A stretch of 64,000 nucleotides of DNA, from positions 1-64,000 of the IMG/VR virus record IMGVR_UViG_3300017766_003987; one strand, 5' to 3'. Positions 16,844 to 27,126 of this stretch are shown here, piece by piece. Positions within the stretch are counted from its first letter, which is position 1. The number at the start of each line of letters is the position of its first letter. Made by a program: the position numbers and the translations under genes. This DNA is from a virus. The notes under the pieces are model-generated. The model was not told the DNA's origin and did not search any database. It saw only the letters and a list, made by a program, of their open reading frames with translations.

Positions 16844-19252
16844 TCATTTGCGCCAAATCGGGTCGGTCATCACCGGTGAGATATACGTCGGTGGGCGACC
16901 AGGCCTACCGTTCATGGGTCCAGCTACCTCTTCGATCATGTTTTCGGCAAGCATGTAGAGCAAAGTATCGCTAACGCGCTTCGATCTGCCGGGTCCGAGG
17001 TCGCGGGAGATACTGAATGGCTTCACGTGCTTAAGCGCGTCACGAAGTTCTTGTCTGGGGATACCCGGTTCGTCGGCCCCCTTAAGTTTCAACATGCGCT
17101 TGATCGTACGCACAACAGTGAGCACTTCGTCCGTCGCCGAGTTACCCAGATCGCCAACATCAACGCTTGTGAGCAACTCGACCAAATTCAGGAGCAGGTA
17201 TCCTACTGCCCATTTGTACTGTTCAAGCGTGATTGATGGTGTATAGGGATTCTCGATAACGGCCATGACCCCAGCGATGCGCAAAGCGGTCAACGGCACT
17301 CGACTGATTGCGCCGTATGTCGGCGGGAGCTCGCCCCGGATCGCAGCGTTGGCAATTCCGTCTACTGTCTTAACGAACGACCAATGTATCTCGGATATTT
17401 GTTCATTCGAAATAACGGTCAGCAACTTGCCTGCTTCGAAAGGCCCAAGCCGATAAGTTTCGTCAAGGTGTTTCGCAGCAGCAAGTCGTTGGATAAGAAT
17501 GTCACGAAGGTGTGGAGGCATGTCCTCAAGATACTGCATAGGCTCGCCACCCGGTGCATGATGCCGGATGACCACAACTCGAGACATGAACCCGTCAAGT
17601 GCGTCTTCATTAAAGAGGTCAAACTTGGAAACAGTCGTCGTCCAGAAGGTCGAGACGCAAAGGTTGTTGATGGGCTCAATTTCCTTCTTGCTATTCGCTA
17701 CCGAGCGCGGACCTGAAAAGAGTTTCCCATGCATACCCGCATCGTAGAGCTGGTTGTATGCATCTCGGAGGTGAGCGTCACTCGGGCTCTTGCCTTCATT
17801 CATCGCATGGAGCTGCGAGTAACATTCCTCTACAAACCAAACAAGAGAAGGCTTGTCCATGAAATCGGGCATAATGCCTTGAATGGATGAGGTGCTCGAG
17901 TTGAGAATGCGGTCTTTCGATTGTCCCGACGGAGTATCCCCTACTGCCTGAGATGCATCGGCCATGAACCTTTGCCAAGCATTCATCGTCATCGTCTTGC
18001 CGGCGTTCGATGGTGCAGCTAGGATGAAGTTCAAATTGAGCCCCGACCCACCCGGCAGTTTGAACCCGCGTGCGACGATACCAGCGAGTGCTGATAACGT
18101 TGCAGGTATCGCAAACTTGGTGAAGGGTTTGAAACTACCCATCTCGGTCGCTCTTACGAACTGACCTACCACCCCCGGCGGACGGGTAAGAATTTTATGC
18201 TCATTGACCAGCTCAGGGAATGCCTCCAGGATCGTCTGTGATCCCTTGCTCATGTTCCCGACTGCTTCTTCAGCACGTGCCAACTCAGCTGCGGCGGCGT
18301 GAGCCCGATCAGCCTTCGCGCGTTCGATATTCTCAACGATCTGACGCCCATGCTCACTGAAGTGCATGAGTCCATCGTTGCCGCGGCGCACCGTGCTCAA
18401 CACATATTGCAGGTTGCGTTGCGCTTTGTTGAGTCTCGTTTCGCCGGCATTGCTCGGAGGAGAAAGTAGCACCATCGGCGAATTGAAAATGAGGCGTTGG
18501 ACTTGTTCTACGCTACCTGTAAATCGGTCGATCATGCCAACAATGGCCATGAACGTATCCGACCACTCGCCGGGGCCGCATCCCGTCTGAGCATTGAACC
18601 GCGGCGCAAAGGTAGGATTGAAGTTGGTCGCCAGTCGAATGACTTCTGAGTCTGTCAGATCCAACCGACGATAGGTCTCGGTATCGTGAACGACTTGCGC
18701 GCCCGTGTCCGGAACAATTGCGCCGAACACCGATAGCAGAAATTCTTGCTGGTCCTTGATCTCGGTTCGATTGTTCAGGACGTCGCCAGTGATGGTGAAA
18801 TACCGAAGCGAGCAATACAGCTCGACTTGCATATCTACGGAGCGTTTCCCGTCCACAGGAAGCTTGCCGCGGCCGATCATATGCAACCCGTTGCCGGAAG
18901 GGGATACCTCGGTGTAGGTATCGACCTGCGACATGATCTGGCTTATGAAACGCTTGCGCGTCTCGAGGAATTGAGGCTTTACCTTGGCTTCATCGTCAAT
19001 GTCCAAACCGAAATAAGGATCATCGTCGGTAAACACAAACCCGATGCCTGAAAACAGTGAGGGATTGTTAGTGTAAACCCGCACCGCGTCTTCGAAGGAA
19101 CCCCAATCGCTAGGGGAGTTCACGTCGGCCATGTACGCCGGGTTATTAGGCTGATATGGAGGCTTGGTAACTGCGCCGTCATTTACGATTGCACGCCAGA
19201 GAACCCACTGCCTAAGAGATTTCAACTCGACAGGAATAGCGTCGAAGTTCAT
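16844..19252 (-). CDS. Primase-polymerase (AEP) fused to a P-loop helicase-like domain
   Basis: IP.EL....QWVLW, GIGFVF...DPYFGLDID, YTEVSPSGNGLH, RYFTITG; C-terminal AAPSNAGKT Walker A. Confidence 0.9.
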   Translation of the reverse strand: MNFDAIPVELKSLRQWVLWRAIVNDGAVTKPPYQPNNPAYMADVNSPSDWGSFEDAVRVYTNNPSLFSGIGFVFTDDDPYFGLDIDDEAKVKPQFLETRKRFISQIMSQVDTYTEVSPSGNGLHMIGRGKLPVDGKRSVDMQVELYCSLRYFTITGDVLNNRTEIKDQQEFLLSVFGAIVPDTGAQVVHDTETYRRLDLTDSEVIRLATNFNPTFAPRFNAQTGCGPGEWSDTFMAIVGMIDRFTGSVEQVQRLIFNSPMVLLSPPSNAGETRLNKAQRNLQYVLSTVRRGNDGLMHFSEHGRQIVENIERAKADRAHAAAAELARAEEAVGNMSKGSQTILEAFPELVNEHKILTRPPGVVGQFVRATEMGSFKPFTKFAIPATLSALAGIVARGFKLPGGSGLNLNFILAAPSNAGKTMTMNAWQRFMADASQAVGDTPSGQSKDRILNSSTSSIQGIMPDFMDKPSLVWFVEECYSQLHAMNEGKSPSDAHLRDAYNQLYDAGMHGKLFSGPRSVANSKKEIEPINNLCVSTFWTTTVSKFDLFNEDALDGFMSRVVVIRHHAPGGEPMQYLEDMPPHLRDILIQRLAAAKHLDETYRLGPFEAGKLLTVISNEQISEIHWSFVKTVDGIANAAIRGELPPTYGAISRVPLTALRIAGVMAVIENPYTPSITLEQYKWAVGYLLLNLVELLTSVDVGDLGNSATDEVLTVVRTIKRMLKLKGADEPGIPRQELRDALKHVKPFSISRDLGPGRSKRVSDTLLYMLAENMIEEVAGPMNGRPGRPPTYISPVMTDPIWRK

Positions 19253-19415
19253 TAACCGAATTCCTATTTATAGGGTGCCGAAAGAACCCTAATATTACCC
19301 CATAATGATGCCGGTGCGCAATGGCATATTTCGACGTCCTCGAGAGCCCTTTCGAGATAGTTACAAACTCAATACGTTATTGCATCATGCCAGACAAAGT
19401 TGAGGTGCAGTTCAA

Positions 19416-19823
19416 ATGCTCATTACATTACACCATCTTGGCAGCAAGCTCGAGCTGGTCGGATATCGTACTCGAGTATGGCTTTCGGACCAAGATAAAT
19501 GGAGTGACTGGTCGCTTGCGACAAAAGAGTTCAATGTCGAATACCCGCATCTTCAAATTCAGGATGTGCCAGTCTATGCTTTCTTGTCAGCCGAACCCAC
19601 CCCTGAACAATCGGCCGAAGCGGTTCACAAACAAAATCTTCGCTTGCAAACTGGCGATATAGTCGCATTCGAAAAGCATGAAGCTGCAATCCTTTGGGAT
19701 GTAATTGGCATATCCGAATTTAGGATTGAGGTGCGAGAACACAATCGCCCTACCCTTTCGACGCGTTGGGCAGATAAAAGTTCAATCACTCGACACTGGC
19801 CCAGAGTTGCCGACTTGACCTGA
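19416..19823 (+). CDS. Hypothetical protein
   Basis: GAGGTG RBS; first gene of rightward block. Confidence 0.7.
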   Translation: MLITLHHLGSKLELVGYRTRVWLSDQDKWSDWSLATKEFNVEYPHLQIQDVPVYAFLSAEPTPEQSAEAVHKQNLRLQTGDIVAFEKHEAAILWDVIGISEFRIEVREHNRPTLSTRWADKSSITRHWPRVADLT

Positions 19824-20000
19824 TCGTGAGATAACAAGTCATCGAACGAAAGGAACTCAAAATGCATCATATCCAAGTCGAATGGGCCTTTGCCGCTGGT
19901 CCTTACATGCGCTCGGCAGCAATTACTACGCCTACTCCTGAGCCGTGTATGCACATGGTTCATTGGTACATCTGGCGTATCGAAAACTTTGGAGGTTGAA

Positions 20001-20213
20001 ATGACTTACAAAACATACTTCGAACGTGACTTGATTCCTCAGACCAAAGTATCGCGGCGGGTCAGCCTTCGGATCGACACCTACGGCATCTACTTTCTCT
20101 TCTGGGAAGAGGATCAATTGCTCGCGGGCGACGTCTTTCAATTTCCTTGGGTCAAAAATCCGAATCTGACCAAGTGGTATACTTGGTTCGTGTGGGAACG
20201 AGACGAGTACTGA
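20001..20213 (+). CDS. Hypothetical protein
   Basis: GGAGG RBS. Confidence 0.65.
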   Translation: MTYKTYFERDLIPQTKVSRRVSLRIDTYGIYFLFWEEDQLLAGDVFQFPWVKNPNLTKWYTWFVWERDEY

Positions 20214-20215
20214 AA

Positions 20216-20587
20216 ATGTCCACCGACGATCACGGCATCGAAGAAGACTACCGTCATGAGCAGGCGTACCACAATTCGCTGAGCGTCATTCCGCGCCCGC
20301 CCGAGGGCATGACGCCGCGGTTCTTCAAGGGCATGGATTGCCCTGACAGCACGACTTGCGACGTGGTCTATATCGACCGTTTGACCGGCCGCGAAGCCCT
20401 GCGCTACGATGGTGCCGACCCAGCTAACACTCGCTTCGACTACGGCGCAACCCCGGACGCGGACATCTTCAAGAACAAGGGTCTCGATCTCAAAGAGATG
20501 ATCGATCCCGCCAAGGCCGTTATCTCGCTCGATGATTGCCGGCGCGCCATGCGGCAGGATTACACCGATTATGGGGACTGGGAATGA
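20216..20587 (+). CDS. Hypothetical protein
   Basis: Tiles operon. Confidence 0.7.
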   Translation: MSTDDHGIEEDYRHEQAYHNSLSVIPRPPEGMTPRFFKGMDCPDSTTCDVVYIDRLTGREALRYDGADPANTRFDYGATPDADIFKNKGLDLKEMIDPAKAVISLDDCRRAMRQDYTDYGDWE

Positions 20588-20765
20588 AACGCTGCGGGTT
20601 GACCGTTCCTCCGCTTCGCAACGATCCTGAAGAGGTTGAAAAACTTCTGCGGTTTGTTGGACCGACGGCGAAGCAGCTTCGTTTCTGTTCCGATCCGCGA
20701 CATTGCATCTGTAAGACGGATGACGAGATGGCTCGCTGCCTTCATTCTACAAGGGACATGGATGA

Positions 20766-20963
20766 ATGAGAGCTAACGAAATTTTCCCGGGCTCGGTGAT
20801 GCCCTCGACGCACGACGGCGAGTGGACATTTACCTATTGGGTCACGAACAAATGGATCACGGATGAGGACCAACAGGGCTCGGTCACCTACGTATCCGCT
20901 TCTCGAGCCAAGGAAGCCATGCGCGAAAAGGTCGAGCTACTTCGCTCGCAGGCAGAAGCATGA
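20766..20963 (+). CDS. Hypothetical protein
   Basis: ATGA overlaps. Confidence 0.65.
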   Translation: MRANEIFPGSVMPSTHDGEWTFTYWVTNKWITDEDQQGSVTYVSASRAKEAMREKVELLRSQAEA

Positions 20964-21328
20964 GCGGATACGCATACGGTGAAAAAGAACCTACTGGACC
21001 TTGCCCCTATTGCAGCGCCGAGTGTCACGCGGACTTCGTAGATATCGGTGTTGGATATGATCAATGCGGACCCTATCATTGTGAGGCATGCGGTGCCAGC
21101 GAGATCGGGCCGTATGATGAACCCCGAGAACTCGGTCCCGATGAAAAGCGTACGGGTTGGTATGCTCCAGGATCTGATCCAGGCTCATCTGCGAACGTGA
21201 TCGGAGGCAAAGTCGTCCCTGCTCACCAAATGATCAACGCCTATTACGGCAAGTTCGCCGGCAATCCCGACTACGAAAAACCCAACCTGGTTGAGGATTG
21301 GTTCAAAGAGATCCGAAAGAAGACGTAA
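20960..21328 (+). CDS. Zn-finger protein
   Basis: CPYC...ADFVDIGVG..QCGPYHCEACGASE. Confidence 0.75.
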   Translation: MSGYAYGEKEPTGPCPYCSAECHADFVDIGVGYDQCGPYHCEACGASEIGPYDEPRELGPDEKRTGWYAPGSDPGSSANVIGGKVVPAHQMINAYYGKFAGNPDYEKPNLVEDWFKEIRKKT

Positions 21329-21389
21329 AGCCCTTTGCAATGCCATCGTAGATAAGGTAGGTGTAAAGGTAACATCGAAAGGTATCTTT

Positions 21390-21542
21390 ATGCGTATCGC
21401 AATCCTCATTCTCTGCCTCACATCGCTTGCCGGTTGCGCAACCAGCCCACCCCTAAACGATTATCAGAAGCAGCTTCGTCGAGAACAAATGGAACGCGCT
21501 GTTGCCAACGGGCCGCTTTATAGTCGTCCACTCAAAAGGTAA
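21390..21542 (+). CDS. Small lipoprotein
   Basis: MRIAILILCLTSLAGC lipobox. Confidence 0.7.
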   Translation: MRIAILILCLTSLAGCATSPPLNDYQKQLRREQMERAVANGPLYSRPLKR

Positions 21543-21551
21543 ACTCTCCCT

Positions 21552-21800
21552 GTGGTCGAGACCAGCAATCAATTCAGTCACCTTGCATGGGTTGATGCCG
21601 ACATTCCCCGTGATCGTCCAGGCACGTATTTAGTTTGGTTGGACCGTCCATCACTAGGAAGTCGCATAGGCACTTGTCGAGTTGCCAAGACTATGAACTC
21701 TTACCTAGTGACAATCAACAATCATTTCGAATTTGACTGCGGAAACCTTAAGATTCTCAAACATGTCCCGACCGAGGGACTCGAGCCTATGGAAGGCTAA
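21552..21800 (+). CDS. Hypothetical protein
   Basis: ORF. Confidence 0.55.
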   Translation: MVETSNQFSHLAWVDADIPRDRPGTYLVWLDRPSLGSRIGTCRVAKTMNSYLVTINNHFEFDCGNLKILKHVPTEGLEPMEG

Positions 21801-21807
21801 ACGGTTA

Positions 21808-22056
21808 ATGCCTGCAAATCTCAATCATCCCGAACCACTCAAGACCATACAACCCGGTGACCCGTGGAGTTTTCTTAACTTGTCAAAAGAGATCATGCAA
21901 AGAATGCATGATCTCGGTATCGGCAACATGCTCGACTGGGTTGCTCCAGATGAGAGTCAACCACGACAATTCAAAATTGTTGCTATCCATGACAACATGC
22001 GCGCAATCGAATGCACTTACGTCGGATGGATTGAAAATGACAAACCTGCTGTATGA
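21808..22056 (+). CDS. Hypothetical protein
   Basis: ORF. Confidence 0.55.
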   Translation: MPANLNHPEPLKTIQPGDPWSFLNLSKEIMQRMHDLGIGNMLDWVAPDESQPRQFKIVAIHDNMRAIECTYVGWIENDKPAV

Positions 22057-22531
22057 CGTAACGACGGGCGACCGCAAGTACCGTTACACAATGGATGAGC
22101 AAGGCGTCGTCCGCACCTATCGCTACGACGAGCCTTGGCACGCGCGGGATCAATCAGCCATCGGCGATAAGTTCCTGCTGACCTTAGTGCAAGATCTCGC
22201 CAACACACGCGAACGAGTTCCCACGCCAGTCAAGATCGCCAAATACTTCAATGCTGATAACAACCAGCTCGAAAACGAATTCAGCGATGAATCCGAAGGC
22301 GACACGTGGGAACGTACTCTCACAGGTCTGATTTACATGCTGCGTAACAACCAGTACAAAGTCGTCGGTTACGAAACTCGTAACGTTGCCTATCACGACC
22401 AGGATGATGAAATCTTCGGTTGGGACATCCATCGTTCTCTTCCTGATTGGGTCAGCGAAGTTGACTTTGATGGCCGACCCCGCTGGGACGTTCGCCCCGT
22501 TTACGCACTCCGTTCAAAGGTCACAACCTGA
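22037..22531 (+). CDS. Hypothetical protein
   Basis: ORF, TGATG coupling. Confidence 0.7.
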   Translation: MTNLLYDVTTGDRKYRYTMDEQGVVRTYRYDEPWHARDQSAIGDKFLLTLVQDLANTRERVPTPVKIAKYFNADNNQLENEFSDESEGDTWERTLTGLIYMLRNNQYKVVGYETRNVAYHDQDDEIFGWDIHRSLPDWVSEVDFDGRPRWDVRPVYALRSKVTT

Positions 22532-22914
22532 TGACTCTTCCTAACAGCCTTGACAAAGATGCCCGTAGATACTGGGATGATCGTGACGAAGATTGGCGCA
22601 ACATCTACCGTGCGCTTCACGAGTATCGCCTTAGCAACATGACGTTTGAAGACGAGGATGAACCCTATCCGTTGGTCGACAACATGACCCGAGAAGGTGA
22701 ATCTGTTGCTGACGGCGAACTTGAGCTTGTTTTCTTGGCAGATGAAATTTCGCAGAGTGTTTTCAGTAACGACGAAATGAAGCGGTTTCGTAGCGAGTTC
22801 AAAAATGCCATTGATAACTCAACAGTTTACGGCGTTGAGCCCACCTCGCTGCATAAGATCCATGTGCAGCATCGATTGCTTTCATTCCTCAAGCGTTTGA
22901 TGAAGATTGACTAA
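22531..22914 (+). CDS. Hypothetical protein (C-terminal domain shared with next gene)
   Basis: NSxVYGVEPxSxHKI motif. Confidence 0.7.
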   Translation: MTLPNSLDKDARRYWDDRDEDWRNIYRALHEYRLSNMTFEDEDEPYPLVDNMTREGESVADGELELVFLADEISQSVFSNDEMKRFRSEFKNAIDNSTVYGVEPTSLHKIHVQHRLLSFLKRLMKID

Positions 22915-23198
22915 TGAAAGCTCGCACCCGGGAAGAATTCATCGTCGTGATAGCCGACGAGCTCATGGCATCGGGACGCTTTGAAGACTATGTTAAAGCG
23001 TCCATTTGGGCGACCCGAGTTTACGGAAAGTGCTTTCCTGAACCCATCGTTGAGCTCAAGCAGTTTGAGAGTGACTTCGGCGAAGCCCTTGAGAACTCAA
23101 GCGTTTACGGGGTTGAGCCCAAGTCAATGCACAAGATTATCATCCATCATGATCTGATGCAGATGTTCAAGTCCTTTCTTACGCTAGGGCATACCTAA
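22914..23198 (+). CDS. Hypothetical protein (C-terminal domain shared with previous gene)
   Basis: NSxVYGVEPxSxHKI motif. Confidence 0.7.
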   Translation: MKARTREEFIVVIADELMASGRFEDYVKASIWATRVYGKCFPEPIVELKQFESDFGEALENSSVYGVEPKSMHKIIIHHDLMQMFKSFLTLGHT

Positions 23199-23200
23199 AA

Positions 23201-23605
23201 ATGTCTGAGATCTTTGTCTTCGGATCAAACCTGGCAGGGCGACACGGCAAAGGTGCTGCCCTTACTGCTAAGCAGGTTCATGGGGCGATCCAAGGGGTGG
23301 GTGCTGGATTTCAAGGGCGAAGTTATGCTATTCCCACAAAGGGTTATACACTCAAGTCCTTATCGTTAATTGCAATTGAAGCAAACGTTAACGATTTCAT
23401 CGCGTATGCAGAACTTCATTCTTATATGACGTTTAAGCTGACTCCTATCGGCTGCGGTCTCGCTGGCTATACCCCCGAACAAATCGCGCCTCTTTTCGCA
23501 CAAGCACCCTCCAACGTGCTTTTGCCCGAAGTGTTTTCACGTATTATTCGTCCACAGGAAAGGCCCGAACGATGGTCGTTTACTCGCCAGGAAACAAACC
23601 CGTAA
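23201..23605 (+). CDS. A1S_2505-family phage protein (macro-domain-like)
   Basis: IFVFGSNLAGRHGKGAA...G.GFQGRSYAIPTK...TPIGCGLAGY. Confidence 0.8.
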   Translation: MSEIFVFGSNLAGRHGKGAALTAKQVHGAIQGVGAGFQGRSYAIPTKGYTLKSLSLIAIEANVNDFIAYAELHSYMTFKLTPIGCGLAGYTPEQIAPLFAQAPSNVLLPEVFSRIIRPQERPERWSFTRQETNP

Positions 23606-23997
23606 ATCAGGCTGAATTTGAAGCCACGGCTCGAGCGGGTCGAGAACTCATGTATCGCTTTCAAGGCGCTGGCATGGATGGGCTCGACGTTGCGCTTGGC
23701 ATGCTCCAGGCTTTGCACGAGTTCGTCCATTGGAATATCGGCGAAGAAGGCGAGGACGATGTCCGTGTCCAGCTCTGCGGGTTTTTCTCGACGGGCATCG
23801 ATAACTCTGACAAACTCGCCCGCTTCATCGAACGGCTCGCCCGTGATTGCGCTGTGACCGCGGTCGACAGCCCCAAAGGCTATACCATAGAGTTCTCTCC
23901 CAGCCCCGCAGCTCACCGCGAAGAATACGATATGGCTGAGCGAGCCATTCGGCGAGAACTCAACACCGCATTCCAAATCCCCAACGGAGAATTCTGA
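23572..23997 (+). CDS. Hypothetical protein
   Basis: ORF; start uncertain. Confidence 0.6.
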   Translation: MVVYSPGNKPVNQAEFEATARAGRELMYRFQGAGMDGLDVALGMLQALHEFVHWNIGEEGEDDVRVQLCGFFSTGIDNSDKLARFIERLARDCAVTAVDSPKGYTIEFSPSPAAHREEYDMAERAIRRELNTAFQIPNGEF

Positions 23998-24194
23998 TGT
24001 CCGAGAAGATCATCAAAACTGAAAGCGATGGCACCCACGTCAAGTATTTCACTGACAAGGGTCGCGAAATGAAGTTCGACCTAAGCACACCGGAAGGCAA
24101 AGCCCAGCTGCAAGGTCTTGTTACCTCGATGGGCGTCGCCAGTATTCAGTTCGCCGAAGAGCTGGTCGGCTTCACGCTCCCCGCAGGGTTGTAG
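23997..24194 (+). CDS. Hypothetical protein
   Basis: GGAG RBS, TGATG coupling. Confidence 0.7.
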   Translation: MSEKIIKTESDGTHVKYFTDKGREMKFDLSTPEGKAQLQGLVTSMGVASIQFAEELVGFTLPAGL

Positions 24195-24364
24195 TCGATG
24201 GATTCTTTTCTCATCTACGCTGGCATCGGTGTCGTGTGTTTTGTCGCTGGAATCTTCAGCGGCATTACCGTCCTTCGCAAAACCTGGCTCGAGCCCGGCT
24301 TCAAAATGGGCTTCATCCAGGACGGTGAAGACGCTTATACTATCACCAAGAAGCGTCGCAATCG

Positions 24365-24547
24365 ATGAACACCAAATCTGAAAAAGATGAACTCATTTGT
24401 TTGGGTTGCGGAAGTACCCGAACTGATGAAGATTGTCTCAAAGAACAAAAAAGTTGTTGCCCGGAACGCAAAATGGTGCATCCCGAGTATCGACGCGGAT
24501 ATGATGCGGGCTTCCAAAGCGCGATTTTGAACCGCGCTGGTTGCTAG
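24365..24547 (+). CDS. Small Cys-rich protein
   Basis: CLGC...SCCPER. Confidence 0.6.
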   Translation: MNTKSEKDELICLGCGSTRTDEDCLKEQKSCCPERKMVHPEYRRGYDAGFQSAILNRAGC

Positions 24548-24556
24548 ACAACGAAT

Positions 24557-24631
24557 TGCCTCTTAGCCAAGTGGTAAGGCATCTGGTTTTGGTCCAGACA
24601 TTCCCGGGTTCGAATCCTGGAGAGGCAGCCA
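24557..24631 (+). tRNA. tRNA-Gln(TTG)
   Basis: Acceptor TGCCTCT/AGAGGCA, anticodon arm TCTGG-TTTTGGT-CCAGA, GGTTCGAATCC, CCA. Confidence 0.95.
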
Positions 24632-24646
24632 CTTTCAAGGAAAAAC

Positions 24647-24895
24647 ATGACCGAAAATCATCCACTCAAAATGCCCTTAGTTCCGGGCGATCCTATGACG
24701 GATGAACAACTCGCGGCGTTCCTTGACTTTGATGATGTGGCCGAGATGATCGCTGCCGCGCAATCGTACGGCAGCGACGATTCTATCGAGACTCTGTTGT
24801 CGATCCAAACGTGCACCGGTCAATGGTTGTCGTCCAATCAGATCGGCGCCCTTTGGCACTTCTACGACAACGAAGCAGGGGAGAATTCGCAATGA
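24647..24895 (+). CDS. Hypothetical protein
   Basis: AAGGA RBS. Confidence 0.7.
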   Translation: MTENHPLKMPLVPGDPMTDEQLAAFLDFDDVAEMIAAAQSYGSDDSIETLLSIQTCTGQWLSSNQIGALWHFYDNEAGENSQ

Positions 24896-25341
24896 GCGAC
24901 GATCTACCGATTACACTGACCCAAGAATACACAGACATGCTTACCGATTGGTTCGAGGTGCAGAAGCAGCTCGCCCCACTGAAAGCACGCGAAATGGCAC
25001 TTCGCAAACAGTTGTTTGAAAATGCGTTCCCTAGCCCAGTCCCGGGCGCGAACAACAAGGCACGTCTCCCTCACGGGATGGGCCTGATAGGTACGTACAA
25101 GCTCAGCTACACTATCGATCAACCGGCAATGTTCGCCACGCGCTCGGACATCGATCCCGTGGTGTTTGATGAAGTCATTTCGTTCACCCCTAGCGTCCGA
25201 GATTCGGCGTTCCGGAAGCTTGCGGATGATATCAGACGTCCGTTTACTGGTTTCATTACCGTCAAACCTGGCGCACCATCGCTTGAAATCAAGCCCGCGG
25301 ACAAGATCCGTTGGAATAGCGCAAGGGAAGATGACGAATGA
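24892..25341 (+). CDS. Conserved phage replication-region protein
   Basis: L..W.......LK..EM.LRK...KPG.PSLEI pattern. Confidence 0.75.
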   Translation: MSDDLPITLTQEYTDMLTDWFEVQKQLAPLKAREMALRKQLFENAFPSPVPGANNKARLPHGMGLIGTYKLSYTIDQPAMFATRSDIDPVVFDEVISFTPSVRDSAFRKLADDIRRPFTGFITVKPGAPSLEIKPADKIRWNSAREDDE

Positions 25342-25526
25342 GTGATATACTGAAATACTTTATTGTCACGGCGGGGATCGTCGCCGTGATCCTTGGGTTC
25401 TTCTATTCCTTCAATCTGAGCAGCGAACGGGATCAGCAGGTCAAGATGGCCTGCATGACCAACGGCGGGATCTATTCGACGGCGGCAGCGAATACTTGCG
25501 TCTGGTCGAAAAAGACAATCGATTAG
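25338..25526 (+). CDS. Small membrane protein
   Basis: N-terminal TM helix. Confidence 0.65.
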   Translation: MSDILKYFIVTAGIVAVILGFFYSFNLSSERDQQVKMACMTNGGIYSTAAANTCVWSKKTID

Positions 25527-25614
25527 GACAAGAACCAGGCGTCGAATATTTCGCTTGCACGGTTCTCGCCTTTTCTGCGACACTGCCTCTACCCAACGAA
25601 TAGGATTTTCTTAA

Positions 25615-25917
25615 GTGATCAGCCCCTCCCCAGATGATATTGTATCCGCAAACGTCAACGGATACGAACTGAAAACGACCGACGACTTCTGGGCGATCTT
25701 GGCGGGCACTGAAGATCATTTCCTGCGAGCTGGTGACCAAGACGGCGTCAACAGTGCTCGTCTCGCATCCGAACGGTTCATCCTGTTATTGGAATCGGTT
25801 CCAGGCGCGCGGTACGTGCTCTGGGAACGTGATGGGTTGTTCCTTGTCGTCTCGCCAACCATCGCCTCGCTTCAATCCGAATACCCGTGGCTCAAGTACA
25901 CGCGAGTGATTAAGTGA
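25615..25917 (+). CDS. Hypothetical protein
   Basis: ORF. Confidence 0.6.
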   Translation: MISPSPDDIVSANVNGYELKTTDDFWAILAGTEDHFLRAGDQDGVNSARLASERFILLLESVPGARYVLWERDGLFLVVSPTIASLQSEYPWLKYTRVIK

Positions 25918-26129
25918 ATGGAAAAGCCAGAATCTACCGTCGGAGCAAATGGGTCCAGGATGAGTTCCACAACTGGATCAAAATCCCCTTCTGGCGTATC
26001 CGGCACGCGTCGGGCGCGTTCGAAGAAGCAAGTGGATCAGGTGACGCTTTCACCAGAGCACATACAAAAACTAAGGAATTCTATCATGACCGAACAGAAG
26101 ACAACTCACTTGGTCGGATCGCTCTCTGA
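25914..26129 (+). CDS. Hypothetical protein
   Basis: GTGA overlap. Confidence 0.55.
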   Translation: MNGKARIYRRSKWVQDEFHNWIKIPFWRIRHASGAFEEASGSGDAFTRAHTKTKEFYHDRTEDNSLGRIAL

Positions 26130-26475
26130 TCCCGTCACGACGTTCCAGCACACCATCGAGACTCAGCGCACGGCTGCGCTTGCTCACGAGCAGTTGCTCA
26201 TGTTCCAGCTCAGCACGTTGCAGACCGATCTAGAAGCTACGCGCCGCATGATCCTCGGCTGCGATTCCGCACTCGCCGCTCTCAGTAGCGGTAAGTTGAC
26301 CAACATGGCCGACACGACCACGGAACAGACCTCGCCTGAAACGCCCCCAGCAACCCCTCCCGCCGACGAGACCCCTCCGGTCACGCCGCCGAGCGTTGAT
26401 CCCCCGGTGATTCCGCCTGCCGACATCCCGCCGTTTCTCACCGCTGTCAGCAATCGTGAACGCCTGACTGCCTGA
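26086..26475 (+). CDS. Coiled-coil protein with Pro-rich tail
   Basis: AAGGA RBS; PP repeats. Confidence 0.7.
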   Translation: MTEQKTTHLVGSLSDPVTTFQHTIETQRTAALAHEQLLMFQLSTLQTDLEATRRMILGCDSALAALSSGKLTNMADTTTEQTSPETPPATPPADETPPVTPPSVDPPVIPPADIPPFLTAVSNRERLTA

Positions 26476-26481
26476 TCTCCC

Positions 26482-27126
26482 ATGTCATATGAGAACCTCC
26501 AGAGGTTCATAGGAAGAGCTGACGCCATTGATCTTCGTGATGGTGTCAACGCCTATCGGATCTACCATCGAGTAATCAAGAATTTCGCTCTTTCGTATGC
26601 CGCGAAGTTCGAACCTACATTGGCCGCGTTCTGCGCACTTTCACCGCAGAACGATTACTACGGGAACTTGCGTTCACTAGCTAGCGTTCTTCACGCCGTT
26701 CAACATTCTTTGCCGCTCGAGGGCGTAACGGTATCAACCTATAAGCATTGCCGTGATCGTGCTTACGCCTATTTGACCGGCAAAGCAGACTTTTTAAGTA
26801 CCGTTAAGGGCTTGAAAATTCGTGCGTTCTATGCGAATATCCTCGACCCTGAAGACCCCAAGCCCGTCACCATCGACGGTCATATGGTCTGTGCCTGGCG
26901 AGGAATCAACGTGCCGATGCAAAGCGCCTCGGTCAAGCCCGCAGAATACGACGAGATCGCTCAGGGGGTTCGTGATCTCGCAGAGGAAATTAACTTGCTG
27001 CCGAACCAAGTTCAAGCAATCATCTGGTTAACGCGCAAGCGTTTGCAACGGATCAAATACGATCCGCAGTTGAACCTCTTTGGTGACGGCATCGAAATCC
27101 CCGCCATCAACGCACCCCCATTCTGA
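26482..27126 (+). CDS. Helix-hairpin-helix glycosylase-like protein with C-terminal clamp-binding motif
   Basis: ALSPQ, KIRAFYANILDP, VTIDGH, VQAIIW; QLNLF near C-terminus. Confidence 0.65.
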   Translation: MSYENLQRFIGRADAIDLRDGVNAYRIYHRVIKNFALSYAAKFEPTLAAFCALSPQNDYYGNLRSLASVLHAVQHSLPLEGVTVSTYKHCRDRAYAYLTGKADFLSTVKGLKIRAFYANILDPEDPKPVTIDGHMVCAWRGINVPMQSASVKPAEYDEIAQGVRDLAEEINLLPNQVQAIIWLTRKRLQRIKYDPQLNLFGDGIEIPAINAPPF

